In this document: piece after piece, positions 1-9,580 of the stretch
Layout: every line of letters starts with the position of its first letter
How positions within the stretch are numbered: position 1 is the first letter of the stretch
Assembly: GCA_900617105.1 (NCBI GenBank)
Contig: UYFQ01000001.1
Span: 806,001 to 870,000 of the forward strand
From: Hydrurus foetidus
Lineage: Eukaryota
Length of the DNA: 64,000 bases
Direction: 5' to 3'
Program-made: the position numbers and the translations under genes
The notes under the pieces: generated by a model
Told to the model about the DNA's origin: nothing
The model's input: the letters and a program-made list of their open reading frames with translations, nothing else
Database searches by the model: none

Positions 1-1099
1 TGCCTGTAGGCACGGTGCCCGTCCAGGTAGGGTCTGTGGACGATTTGGTCTGATTATCGTAGGCGTAGGTGTAGAGCTGGTTATCGATGTTCCAGCCAGA
101 ACCCAAATCACTGCGCAGACGGATGTAGCTGAAATCTGTGTTTTTGGTGGTGCTATTGAACCCCTGGTAGTTCATGCTCTTGGGGTCGTTATTGAGCTGG
201 AAATTTTGTCCAAACGCAGCGATTTGCGACAGCGTTGCGCCCTTGTTGCTGTCAGGCTGGGCGTAGGTTACGTTGTTGATAGAAGAGAAAATCGTCACCA
301 AAGAGGCATCGCCTACTGGGCGCTCGACCTTGATGGTGTAGTTGTCGCTCTTGATGGGGCTGAAGCTCAGGTAGCCATCTGATTGCAAGTGCTGGTAATT
401 GAGCTGTACTGTGGCATCGCCAAAGTTGGCCAAGCGGCCACTTTCATACGAGGCACCGTACAAACGGGTGTTCCAGGTGCCGATAGAGGTGAACACGCTG
501 GTCACAGCCTCTTGCGATGGTTTTTTGGAAAACAGGTTGATGGATCCGCCAAAGGTGGCAAAGCCCAGGTTGCTGGCGTTGCCAGGGCCGCGCTCGACCA
601 CAGCACCGCCAATGACGGACGCAGGGAAGAACGATGTGGAGTGGTGCGCCGGGTTGTTGGTGTCGCCCCACGGGATACCGTCAAACGTGATGTTGTACTG
701 GTCGTCCTTGAAGCCACGCATCGTGGTTTTGGTTTCGCTCAGGCCAGGGCCGTTGGCAGAATCACCCGACAGGCTGGGGGCGATGTTGACGATGCGGCTG
801 TATTCCGCCGTGGGGGCCACTGACAAATCCATGAATTCGCGCGTGATGATGGACTGCGGTTGCGTGGCTTTCAGGCTGGCCTGCGTAGGGGCGATGGCCG
901 AGGCTGTTCCTTTGGCCGCTTCAGCAGGGCGGTAAGCGCCCGCAGCGGTGGTGGCCCCAATCGTGCCCAAGTCGGTCGGGGCTGCTGCTGATTGGGCGAA
1001 CGCCAGTGGTGCTGAACCTAAAGAAATGCAGAGCAAGGAAAGCAGATGGGGCAATGCCTTGAGGCGAAAAGCCTTGGGAACAGAGGTGTGAGCGTTCAT
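1..1099 (-). CDS. TonB-dependent outer-membrane receptor, N-terminal part (runs off the window)
   Basis: Open minus frame from ATG at 1099 to the window edge, not in the ORF track. It reads MNAHTSVPKAFRLKALPHLLSLLCISLGSAPLAFAQ (signal peptide), then plug motifs MRGF..YNITFDGIPWGD and VERGPG...FGGSINLFSK, then beta-strand-like sequence. Confidence 0.85.
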   Translation of the reverse strand, partial: MNAHTSVPKAFRLKALPHLLSLLCISLGSAPLAFAQSAAAPTDLGTIGATTAAGAYRPAEAAKGTASAIAPTQASLKATQPQSIITREFMDLSVAPTAEYSRIVNIAPSLSGDSANGPGLSETKTTMRGFKDDQYNITFDGIPWGDTNNPAHHSTSFFPASVIGGAVVERGPGNASNLGFATFGGSINLFSKKPSQEAVTSVFTSIGTWNTRLYGASYESGRLANFGDATVQLNYQHLQSDGYLSFSPIKSDNYTIKVERPVGDASLVTIFSSINNVTYAQPDSNKGATLSQIAAFGQNFQLNNDPKSMNYQGFNSTTKNTDFSYIRLRSDLGSGWNIDNQLYTYAYDNQTKSSTDPTWTGTVPTG

Positions 1100-1334
1100 G
1101 TGGGGCGGTATTTTGTTGAGTAGGTTGAGCGGTTCAACTTATGCTGGCGCAGAAGTCAATCTTTGGACAAAAGAAAGCCATCACCGCCAGCATCAAGGCG
1201 ACAACGCGACAACGCGAATTTATGCGCCGCATATGACGTGCTTGTGTCAGCTCCGAAAATCATCCGAGCGCAGAGTGTGTAAGAACGGGCCAGTTAGACT
1301 GGTTTGCTAACTGGGTTAAATCTTTTTCACCGCT

Positions 1335-2300
1335 ATGAGCCTACCGAACGCAATCCCTTCTTCCTCCTCTTCTATTTCTGGCGTGGTCCCCCTAGGCGGC
1401 ATCGTCATGGTGCTGTGTGCCGCTGTGCTGTGGGGCACCACGGGCACGGCGCAGAGCCTGGCACCGCTCACCTTGTCGCCTTATGTCGTGGGGGCGATGC
1501 GCTTGGGTGTGGCGGCCTTGTTTTTTGCGGCGTATCTGGCACTCATACCGCGTGGGGTTGTGCCGCTGACGGTGGCTTTGCGTAGCCTTCCTTGGCGTTG
1601 GGTGGTGGCTGCGGGGGCGTGCGTTGCTGTCTATAACCTCACATTTTTTGCTGGCATCAAGGCCAGCAGCGTTGCTGTGGGGACGGCTGTAGCGATTGGC
1701 AGTGGGCCGATTTGGGCGGGGGTGTTGCAGTTTGCGTTCACTGGCAAAGCGCCCCGTGTGGTGTGGTGGTGGGGGACGCTCTTGGCGGTGGCGGGCGGCA
1801 GTTTGATGGTGATAGGCGGCGGAGGCGGTGCTGATGGCAGTGGCGCTGTGCAGTTCACTGCATCCGGTATTGCGCTGTGCTTGACCTCTGGGCTGACTTA
1901 TGCCGCCTATGCCTTGGTCAACAAACGCTTGGTCGCCCTGGCTGCGCCTGCTGTGGTGACGGCCAGTGTGTTTACCGTGGCGGCGGCGCTGGCCTTGCCG
2001 GTGGCTGCTGTGGTGTCAGGCAGCATAGTGATTGACAACGCGGGCTGGTTGCTGGTGGGCTATTTAGGCATGGTCGCCACTGGGGTGGCGTATTTGCTGT
2101 TCAGCAGCGGGTTGCGCAGTATTTCTGGCGCAACGGGAGTGACTTTGGCGCTGGGCGAGCCGTTGACGGCGTTTGTGCTGGCGGTTGTCGTCGTGGGCGA
2201 ACACCCTGGGTGGCTCGCCTACAGTGGCTTGGGGCTGGTGTTGGCGGGCCTGGGGTTGGTAATTTGGACCGAGTTGAAGGCGCAGACAGAAGTGGTATGA
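1335..2300 (+). CDS. EamA/DMT family transporter
   Basis: About 10 hydrophobic segments; LWGTTG and LALGEPLTA motifs; two-repeat EamA layout. Confidence 0.85.
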   Translation: MSLPNAIPSSSSSISGVVPLGGIVMVLCAAVLWGTTGTAQSLAPLTLSPYVVGAMRLGVAALFFAAYLALIPRGVVPLTVALRSLPWRWVVAAGACVAVYNLTFFAGIKASSVAVGTAVAIGSGPIWAGVLQFAFTGKAPRVVWWWGTLLAVAGGSLMVIGGGGGADGSGAVQFTASGIALCLTSGLTYAAYALVNKRLVALAAPAVVTASVFTVAAALALPVAAVVSGSIVIDNAGWLLVGYLGMVATGVAYLLFSSGLRSISGATGVTLALGEPLTAFVLAVVVVGEHPGWLAYSGLGLVLAGLGLVIWTELKAQTEVV

Positions 2301-2343
2301 CCCCGTGTGCGCTCCAATCAGGCGGATTGAGCTAACTCAGCCC

Positions 2344-3735
2344 TTAAATCAGTTTCTTAATCGGCTTCTTGCGCCACACCAACCGGTAATAGCTACTCTG
2401 CATCACCAGCATGGCGATGAACGCCGCTGGATAAGCAAGCCAAATCCCGTTCAAGCCCATGTGCTGGCTCATGACCCAGGCGACGGGGATTTCTACGCCC
2501 AAGATACAGCAGATTGAAATAGCGGTGGGCACCAGCACCGTGCCGCTGGCCCTCATCACCGCTGCCACCACACCCGAAAAGCCCAGCACGATGCTGCTCC
2601 ACAGCATGGTGTGGAGCAGGGTTTGGGCCAATTCGACCACTGCTTCGTTGTTGATGAACAGGCTCACCAAGTGGCGTGAAAACAAGTAGCCCACCAGCAC
2701 CAGCGAGCCTGTTAGCACCACGTTCATCAGCAAGCCGGTGCGCAAAATGGCGCTGAGGCGCTCTGGCTTGCCCGCACCGATCGCCTGCGCCCCGAGGATG
2801 GAGGAGGTGATGGCAATCGAGATGGCTGGGAACTGTACGTAGTTCACCACTTGGTTGACCGCGCCGTAGGCCGCTGTTGCTTGCGAGCCGTAGCTGTTGA
2901 CCATAGACAGCAGCGCGATTTCGGCGAGTGAGATCACTACCATTTGCAAGCCGGTGGGGATGCCAATGCGCAGCACGGCTTTGACGATGGCGGGGTCAAC
3001 CCGCAGATGGCGCAGCAGTTCAGCGTCCGGGGCCATCGGGTGCTTTTGACCCAGGTAAAGCTGGGTTCGCAAGCGCCAGATCAGCCACACCATCGCGGTG
3101 AGATAGGCGATGGTGGTGGCCCAGGCGGCGCTGGCCAAGCCGAGTTGGGGCAGGCCAAACCAGCCTCGAATGAGTGCCGGTGTGACCAGCAAGCCCACGC
3201 CAGTTGACAGCAGCAGCGCCAGCAGCGGAGAGATGGTGTCGCCCACGCCGCGCAGCATCGAGGTCATCAGCAAAAACAAAAACAGGCCGGGGATGGCGAT
3301 CCACATGACGTGGGCGTAGGCGGCTGCATCTTGAAAGATGTCTGCCGGGGTGCCTAAAGTGCGCAGCAGCGGCTCGGTGATGAGCGTGCCCACTACGGCC
3401 ACTGTCAAACCCAGTATCAAGCCTAATGTGAGGGTGGTACCCGCTACAGCTTGCACCCTTGCTGTCTTCTTTGCACCCCAAGCCTGCCCAATCAGAACCG
3501 ATGAGCCTGCACCCAGCCCGATGATGAAGGCGATGAAGAAGAACATCAGCGGGAAAAAGGTGGACGCTGCGGCTGCAGCCCCCACGCCCAGCATCTGGCC
3601 GATGTAGATGCCGTTCACGGTGCCTGACATGGATTGCAGCATGTTGCTCAGCACCATAGGGCCGAGGAAGGCTAAAAAGGTGCGCCACAGCGGTTTGACG
3701 GCTGCAGCGTTGGCGGGAAGCGGGGATGTTCTCAT
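2344..3735 (-). CDS. MATE family efflux transporter
   Basis: About 12 TM segments; LRGVGDT..PL, GLASAAWAT, LRIGIPTG and GLNGIWLA motifs. Start overlaps the DUF2239 stop. Confidence 0.9.
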   Translation of the reverse strand: MRTSPLPANAAAVKPLWRTFLAFLGPMVLSNMLQSMSGTVNGIYIGQMLGVGAAAAASTFFPLMFFFIAFIIGLGAGSSVLIGQAWGAKKTARVQAVAGTTLTLGLILGLTVAVVGTLITEPLLRTLGTPADIFQDAAAYAHVMWIAIPGLFLFLLMTSMLRGVGDTISPLLALLLSTGVGLLVTPALIRGWFGLPQLGLASAAWATTIAYLTAMVWLIWRLRTQLYLGQKHPMAPDAELLRHLRVDPAIVKAVLRIGIPTGLQMVVISLAEIALLSMVNSYGSQATAAYGAVNQVVNYVQFPAISIAITSSILGAQAIGAGKPERLSAILRTGLLMNVVLTGSLVLVGYLFSRHLVSLFINNEAVVELAQTLLHTMLWSSIVLGFSGVVAAVMRASGTVLVPTAISICCILGVEIPVAWVMSQHMGLNGIWLAYPAAFIAMLVMQSSYYRLVWRKKPIKKLI

Positions 3736-4421
3736 GGCGCGGCTTTCGGGGTGCCTTCAGCGGCGTTGTCAGAGGTATCGGCAGCGGTATTCGCGGTATT
3801 TGCAGTGAGCGAGGTCGCTGCGCCTTCAAAGGCGGCGACCGCCAGGCGGCGGGCATGGTCGCGTACATCGGCTGGCCAGTCGGCGGTGATCTCGGTAAAA
3901 CGTGCGGCATCGTGTTTGAACAAGGCCCGCGTGGCTTCTTCAAACCCCGGTTCATGGCCGGCAATGCCCATGATAAAGCGGTAGCAGACCACCTTGGCTT
4001 GGCGCATGCGGTCTGCGCCTTCGCTGAAGCGGCGTGCGGTCAACACCAGTTTGCGCAGCGTGACGGACGCGCCGCCTGGCTGCTGGCTGAGCCATTCCCA
4101 GTCGTGCGGCAGCAAGGTGATTTCGCGGGCGATGACACCCAGTTTGGGCCGTCCTGGGCCAGCTGGTGGTGGGCTGGCTGTAGGGGGGGGCGGCTCAACG
4201 GCTGTGATGGCTGATGGGCTGCTGGCGAGGTAAAAGCGAGAAAGCTGCTCGCTGGTACTCAGGTCAAAAATGAGGATGTTGTCTTCGTCTTCGGCGCGAC
4301 GACCCAGGCAGTGCGCCAGTTCGGCTTCGGTGCCTTCGGCGATGCGCTTGCCCTCTTGGAATGCGGCGTAGCGCGGAGAGCTGGGTGACAAAGGAGCGGT
4401 TGCAGGGGTGATTTTAGTCAT
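3732..4421 (-). CDS. DUF2239 family protein
   Basis: Family signature GPGRPKLGVIAREITLLPHDWEWLSQQPGGASVTLRKLV, plus PGFEEATRALF and WPADVRDHA. Confidence 0.85.
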   Translation of the reverse strand: MTKITPATAPLSPSSPRYAAFQEGKRIAEGTEAELAHCLGRRAEDEDNILIFDLSTSEQLSRFYLASSPSAITAVEPPPPTASPPPAGPGRPKLGVIAREITLLPHDWEWLSQQPGGASVTLRKLVLTARRFSEGADRMRQAKVVCYRFIMGIAGHEPGFEEATRALFKHDAARFTEITADWPADVRDHARRLAVAAFEGAATSLTANTANTAADTSDNAAEGTPKAAP

Positions 4422-4428
4422 GGCATTT

Positions 4429-4470
4429 AATATACCCGGATAAAATTAAATGGTCAAATTTATCCGGGTA
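4429..4470 (-). promoter_or_regulatory. Sigma70-type promoter of the DUF2239-MATE operon overlapped by a 12-bp inverted repeat
   Basis: Minus strand TTGACC (4457-4452), 17 bp, TATATT (4434-4429). Inverted repeat TACCCGGATAAA (4433-4444) / TTTATCCGGGTA (4459-4470). Confidence 0.7.
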
Positions 4471-4548
4471 AATTTATGAGAAAGGAAGATTGACGGCATG
4501 TTGATGGCACCTCAAAGGCGTTGCAGCCCCTCAACTAAACTTGGGCCC

Positions 4549-5295
4549 ATGCCTGCAACTCAACGCTTTGATTCCCTTGACACCCTGCGCGGTGTTGCCA
4601 TTGTTTGGATGGCTGTTTTCCACTTTTGCTACGACCTGAACCATTTCGGCTGGACGCGGCAAAACTTTTTGTCAGACCCCGTTTGGACGTGGCAGCGCAC
4701 CGCCATCGTCACGCTGTTTCTCTTTTGCGCCGGTCTGGGGCAAGCCGTGGCGGTGCAGCAGGGGCAGACATGGCCCCGGTTTTGGCGGCGCTGGGGGCAG
4801 GTGGCGCTGTGTGCGCTGTTGGTCACGGCGGGGTCAATGTGGATGTTTGCGCAAAGCTATATCTACTTTGGCGTGCTGCACGGTATCGCGGTGATGCTGG
4901 TCATTGTGCGGTTGACGGCGGGCTGGGGGCGCTGGTTGTGGCTGCTGGGTGCCTTGGCGATTGCTATGAAGTTCGTAGCTGCCTACGCACATGGAGAAGG
5001 CACTAGCCTCGGTTTTCTTAATACAAAAATCTTTAATTGGCTGGGGTTAATCAGCCAAAAACCCCGCACCGAAGACTATGTTCCGGTGCTGCCTTGGTTG
5101 GGTGTGATGTGGTGGGGCATGGCTGCGGGGACGTGGCTGCTGCGCCAGCGGCCACGGTGGTTGCAGCGTGCACCCAGTCAGGCGGGTTTGGCGTTGCTGG
5201 GGCGTTGGAGCCTGAGTTTTTACATGCTGCACCAGCCTGTGTTACTGGGTTTGCTGTCGCTGGCGGCGATGGTGCGAGGAATGCAGGGGGCGTAA
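4549..5295 (+). CDS. DUF1624 / heparan-alpha-glucosaminide N-acetyltransferase-like membrane protein
   Basis: RFDSLDTLRGVAIVWMAVFHFCYDL, IYFGVLH, TEDYVPVLPW and GRWSLSFYMLHQP motifs. Confidence 0.85.
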   Translation: MPATQRFDSLDTLRGVAIVWMAVFHFCYDLNHFGWTRQNFLSDPVWTWQRTAIVTLFLFCAGLGQAVAVQQGQTWPRFWRRWGQVALCALLVTAGSMWMFAQSYIYFGVLHGIAVMLVIVRLTAGWGRWLWLLGALAIAMKFVAAYAHGEGTSLGFLNTKIFNWLGLISQKPRTEDYVPVLPWLGVMWWGMAAGTWLLRQRPRWLQRAPSQAGLALLGRWSLSFYMLHQPVLLGLLSLAAMVRGMQGA

Positions 5296-5324
5296 AAAAA
5301 GCGCAGAGGCTGTCTGCGCTTTTT
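5294..5324. terminator. Bidirectional intrinsic terminator
   Basis: A7-GCGCAGA-loop-TCTGCGC-T5 between convergent genes. Confidence 0.75.
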
Positions 5325-5364
5325 GGGGGCGGGCCAAAAAGGCCCAAGGCATCAGAGGGCCGCG

Positions 5365-6150
5365 TTATTCGATCTTCGCTTTAGCGCGCAAATCTTCTTG
5401 GTACTTGGCCAATTTTTGCTGTTGCAGCTGCTGGGTGATTTGCGGCTTCACTTCATCAAACTTGGGCAATTGGGCTTCGCGCACGTCCACCAAACGGATG
5501 ACGTGGTAGCCGAACTGGCTCTTCACGGGCGTGTCGGTGGTTTGGCCTTTGTTCAACTTGCTCATGGCGTCAGAAAATTCTTTGACGTAGCTGTTGGCGT
5601 TGGCCCAATCCAGGTCGCCGCCTTTGCTTCCAGATCCTGGGTCTTTGGATTGCTTCTTGGCGATTTCATCAAACTTGCCACCTTTTTTCAGGCTGGCGAT
5701 GATGGATTTGGCTTCGTCTTCTTTTTCAACCAAGATGTGGCTGGCGCGGTACTCTTTGCCGCCGTTGGCTGCAGCAAACTTGTCGAATTCGGCCTTGATG
5801 TCGGCATCGGTGACGGGGTTGGTCTTTTGGTAGTCGCTGAACAGCTCACGGATCAGAATGGTTTGCTTGGCCAGTTCGATCTGGGTTTTGAAATCGTCAG
5901 ACGCATCAAGGCCACGTTTTTGGGCTTCTTGCATGAAGATTTCGCGGGCGATCACTTCGTCTTTGATCTGGCCTTGCATTTCAGGCGTGACCGGGCGACC
6001 TGAGCGGGCTACCTGCTGGGCCAAGGCATCAACACGGGCCGAGGGCACGGCTTTGCCGTTCACGATGGCGACGTTTTGCGCCAAAGCGGAAAAGCTGACA
6101 GCACCGAGCAAGGTAGCGCTGACCAGCGTGGAAATTAGCTGCTTTTTCAT
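5365..6150 (-). CDS. PpiC-type (parvulin) peptidyl-prolyl isomerase, secreted
   Basis: Signal peptide; EYRASHILV, SKDPGS..KGGDLDW and SQFGYHVIRL motifs. Start taken at MKKQLIS. Confidence 0.9.
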   Translation of the reverse strand: MKKQLISTLVSATLLGAVSFSALAQNVAIVNGKAVPSARVDALAQQVARSGRPVTPEMQGQIKDEVIAREIFMQEAQKRGLDASDDFKTQIELAKQTILIRELFSDYQKTNPVTDADIKAEFDKFAAANGGKEYRASHILVEKEDEAKSIIASLKKGGKFDEIAKKQSKDPGSGSKGGDLDWANANSYVKEFSDAMSKLNKGQTTDTPVKSQFGYHVIRLVDVREAQLPKFDEVKPQITQQLQQQKLAKYQEDLRAKAKIE

Positions 6151-6268
6151 GACGTTCATCCTGATTGTCTGAGGGAGTAATAAAAAGAAGGGGGATAAAA
6201 GAAGAGCGGATTCGGTCAAAGTGGCCGAAGCGGTCATCACAACCGGGTTGAATTCAGAGGCTCATTTT

Positions 6269-6547
6269 TCAGAGAAGTTCGATGGCCAGTGCATGAACGC
6301 CCTGGTCTAGAAAATCTTGCAGCGCATCATACACAAGGCGATGTTTGGCAACCCTGGTTTTACCGGCGAATGCAGGGGTGGCAATGCGCACCCGAAAGTG
6401 CGAACCAAAGCCTTGGCCGTTGTCGCCCATATGGCCTGCGTGGTCGGCGCTTTCGTCGATCACTTGAAGCGAGGTGGGTTGCAAGCGCTCTTGCAGGCGC
6501 TGTTCGAGTTGAGAGGCTGTGGCGGGCATAGCGGCTGTCATGCTCAT
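6269..6547 (-). CDS. bolA: BolA family protein
   Basis: DESADHAGH...SHFRVRI..FAGK.RVAKHRLVY..L..GVHALAI. Confidence 0.9.
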   Translation of the reverse strand: MSMTAAMPATASQLEQRLQERLQPTSLQVIDESADHAGHMGDNGQGFGSHFRVRIATPAFAGKTRVAKHRLVYDALQDFLDQGVHALAIELL

Positions 6548-7185
6548 GGTTTAGGTTCCAGGTTGTCGTCGTCCGCTTTCATGTACTTGCTGAGGTAGGC
6601 GGCTTGCCCGAGTACGAAAACTAGCATCAGGCCCATGCCACCAAAGAGTTTGAAGTTGACCCAGGTGTCGGTGCTGAAATTGAACGCGACCCACAGGTTG
6701 ATGCAGCCCATCGCTGCAAAAAAGCCTGTCCAACCCCAGCACAGAGCGCGCCACACGCTGTCTGGCAGCGTCATCTGCGCACCCATCAATGTTTTGATGA
6801 AGTTCTTTTTGAGGAAGACTTGGCCTATCAGCAGGGCACTGCCAAACGCCCAGTAAAGCGCGGTGGGCTTCCATTTGATGAAGTTTTCGTTGTGGAAATA
6901 AATGGTGGCGCCGCCCAAGCCGACGACCAGCACCAAGCTGATCCACAGCATGGGCTCGATCTTTTTACCTTTGGCGACCAGCCAGATGATTTGCGCCAGG
7001 GTAGCGACGATCACCACCACGGTAGAGAGCAGCACGGGTGCTTCGGCAGGGCCGACCACGCCGCCAGAGATAAATGCCCCAAACCACTCGGTGCCTACCG
7101 CCGCCGCCCAGTCTTTGTGGGCTTCGGCGTACTTGAACATGCCGAAAAACAGCGCGATGGGCAAGAAATCAAACAAAATTTTCAT
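6544..7185 (-). CDS. yciB: Inner-membrane septation protein A (YciB/IspZ)
   Basis: [21 protein letters not shown] and WVNFKLFG motifs. Confidence 0.92.
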   Translation of the reverse strand: MKILFDFLPIALFFGMFKYAEAHKDWAAAVGTEWFGAFISGGVVGPAEAPVLLSTVVVIVATLAQIIWLVAKGKKIEPMLWISLVLVVGLGGATIYFHNENFIKWKPTALYWAFGSALLIGQVFLKKNFIKTLMGAQMTLPDSVWRALCWGWTGFFAAMGCINLWVAFNFSTDTWVNFKLFGGMGLMLVFVLGQAAYLSKYMKADDDNLEPKP

Positions 7186-7595
7186 GGGGTCGCTTTAAAA
7201 GCCAAAGAGGCTGAGTTCATGCAATAGCGCAAGCCGGTGTCGGTGGGGCCGTCTTCAAAGACATGGCCCAGGTGGGCACCGCAATCGGCGCAGAGGGCTT
7301 CGGTGCGAACCATGCCATGCGCACGGTCGGTTTTGGTGGCGACGGCGGTGGCATCAATGGCTTGGTCAAAGCTGGGCCAGCCGCAGCCAGCGTCGAATTT
7401 GGTGTCAGACACAAACAGCGGTTTGTCACAGCAGATGCAGGTGTAGGTGCCGTCTTTGAAGTTGTCAGCGTACTTGCCGGTGAAGGCGCGTTCGGTGGCT
7501 GCGTGGCGGGTGACTTCAAAGGCGTGGGGTTCAGCCGATTTTTGAGCCAGCAGGGCCTTCCATTCGGCATCGGTTTTTTGGATGAGGGTGGTCAT
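7182..7595 (-). CDS. msrB: Peptide-methionine (R)-S-oxide reductase
   Basis: [28 protein letters not shown] and RYCMNSASL motifs. Confidence 0.95.
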   Translation of the reverse strand: MTTLIQKTDAEWKALLAQKSAEPHAFEVTRHAATERAFTGKYADNFKDGTYTCICCDKPLFVSDTKFDAGCGWPSFDQAIDATAVATKTDRAHGMVRTEALCADCGAHLGHVFEDGPTDTGLRYCMNSASLAFKATP

Positions 7596-7622
7596 GATTG
7601 CTCCAGGGTAGGGACTTTAAGT

Positions 7623-9176
7623 TTAGGAGGAACAGCTGATTTCAATGCCTGATGCCCAATCAGGCGGGAAATCAGCATAAGCGTCAAACCCAGGGTGCTC
7701 GTCGAAGGGGGATTCCAGCAGTTTGAGCAAGCGGTTAATTTCAGAGAAGTCTTTGAGATGGGCGGCGCGAATGGCTTGCTCACCCAGGTGGTTACGCAGC
7801 ACGTATTTGGGATTGGTTTTAAGCATCAAATAAGCCATAACCGCTTTATCTGAATGCTTTTTATGCTCTGAATAGCGTAGCAACCAGGCATCGAAAGCAG
7901 TGCGATCGGGGAACATATCGCGCAGGGGCTCTGCATTGGCGGTGTGGGATGGCGTGTGGGCCATACCGGCCCATTCGGCCACGTAGTTCGACAGGCGTCG
8001 CCAGAAGATGGTGTAGTCCACACTGTGGGCTGACAGCAGTTGCAAGATGGACTCGATCAGCACGCGGTCTTGCGGCTGCGGGGTTGTCAGCCCCAGCTTG
8101 GCGCACATGCGCGCTTCCATCGCGGCGGGGAAGACGGTTTTGTAGGATTCGAGCGCAGCCAAGGTGAGCTCTTGATCGCCTTCAGCGGTGCTGATGAGGG
8201 GCAGCAGGGCTTGTCCCAGGCAAAACAAATTCCAGTAGGCTATGTTGGGTTGCTTGTTATAAGCGTAGCGGCCCTGGGTGTCGCTGTGGTTACAGATGTG
8301 GCCGGGGTTGAAGCCATCGAGAAATTGAAACGGGCCGTAGTCGATGGTAAGGCCCAGGATGCTCATGTTGTCGGTGTTCATCACACCGTGGCAAAACCCG
8401 ACGGACTGCCATTGGGCCACCATGTGGGCGGTGCGCTCGCTCACGGCTTCAAGCAAGGCGGCATAGGGGTTGCCGTTGAAGGTGGTGTTGTCACGACAGC
8501 TTGGGTAGTGTTTGTCAATCACGTAATCCGCAAGAGTTTTGAGTTGCGCGTGCTGGTCGTTGTACGAAAAATGCTCAAAGTGACCGAAGCGGATGAAGCT
8601 GGGGGCGCTGCGGGTGACGACGGCGGCGGTCTCTAGCGCTTCACGCCTTACCACCGCGTCGGAGCCCGTCACGCAGAGGGCGCGGGTGGTAGGGATGCCC
8701 AAGCCGTGCATGGCTTCGCTGCACAAAAACTCGCGGATGCTGGAGCGCAACACGGCGCGGCCATCACCACCGCGTGAGTAGGGTGTGCGACCAGCGCCTT
8801 TGAGTTGAATTTCTTGCGTGAGGACGGGGTTTGCTGAAGTTTCGATTTCGCCCAACAGAATGGCGCGACCATCACCCAATTGACCTGCCCATACGCCAAA
8901 CTGGTGGCCGCTGTAGACGCTTGCCAAAGGCTTGCTGCCGGGTAACACTGCATTGCCCGTGAAGGCTTGCAAAGCCTCGTCAGACGCTAGCCAAGCCGCA
9001 TCCAGTCCCAGTGCTTGAGCGGCCTGCTCGCTGCGGCCCACCCAATACGGGGCGGGCAACATGCTGGGGATGAGTCTAGTATAGAAATCGCTTTGCAGGC
9101 CAACGAAGCTGTTGCGCCAGTGCCTATTTCTAAGGGTTGGGGGTTCAAAAGGGGAGGAGGGGGCCAGCGGATTCAT
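7623..9176 (-). CDS. selO: Protein adenylyltransferase SelO/YdiU
   Basis: [49 protein letters not shown] and C-terminal SCSS. Confidence 0.95.
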   Translation of the reverse strand: MNPLAPSSPFEPPTLRNRHWRNSFVGLQSDFYTRLIPSMLPAPYWVGRSEQAAQALGLDAAWLASDEALQAFTGNAVLPGSKPLASVYSGHQFGVWAGQLGDGRAILLGEIETSANPVLTQEIQLKGAGRTPYSRGGDGRAVLRSSIREFLCSEAMHGLGIPTTRALCVTGSDAVVRREALETAAVVTRSAPSFIRFGHFEHFSYNDQHAQLKTLADYVIDKHYPSCRDNTTFNGNPYAALLEAVSERTAHMVAQWQSVGFCHGVMNTDNMSILGLTIDYGPFQFLDGFNPGHICNHSDTQGRYAYNKQPNIAYWNLFCLGQALLPLISTAEGDQELTLAALESYKTVFPAAMEARMCAKLGLTTPQPQDRVLIESILQLLSAHSVDYTIFWRRLSNYVAEWAGMAHTPSHTANAEPLRDMFPDRTAFDAWLLRYSEHKKHSDKAVMAYLMLKTNPKYVLRNHLGEQAIRAAHLKDFSEINRLLKLLESPFDEHPGFDAYADFPPDWASGIEISCSS

Positions 9177-9580
9177 GGTGTTGATTCTCGCTGAGTCTTA
9201 CAGTAGACGGCTAAGCTGAAGCATCTATGCGCGGTTGCCGTTGACAAACGTAATTTTCATTGTAAATTGTCTAGGACAAATTAATGTGATGATTATTCTA
9301 AAAATTGTTGTTTGCAAATGTGAAATATGCAAACGCTAAGTTTCTTTTTGCGATCGTGTTCATTAGGTCTTTTCCATTATTTTTTCTAAAATTGTTAACT
9401 TGCTGTTACATACGAAGTTTGAAATTTCTGTGAAAAGTTTGATCGTGGCATCACCTGCTTTGGGTGAGTAACGATTTATGAGCCAGTCCGCGTTTTCTCG
9501 GATTGGGTGTTGCCTCCCGGGACTAAGCTACGCCGTAAGGCATGGGTCGCCCCAGGTCTTCGCACTGTAAAGAACAAACA

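Noticed and set aside
3020..3964. 314-aa minus-strand ORF
   Set aside because: Alternative frame over the MATE and DUF2239 genes with Arg/Pro-rich non-protein-like composition.
7623..7640. Selenocysteine recoding at the SelO C-terminus
   Set aside because: The protein ends SCSS followed by TAA; there is no in-frame TGA.
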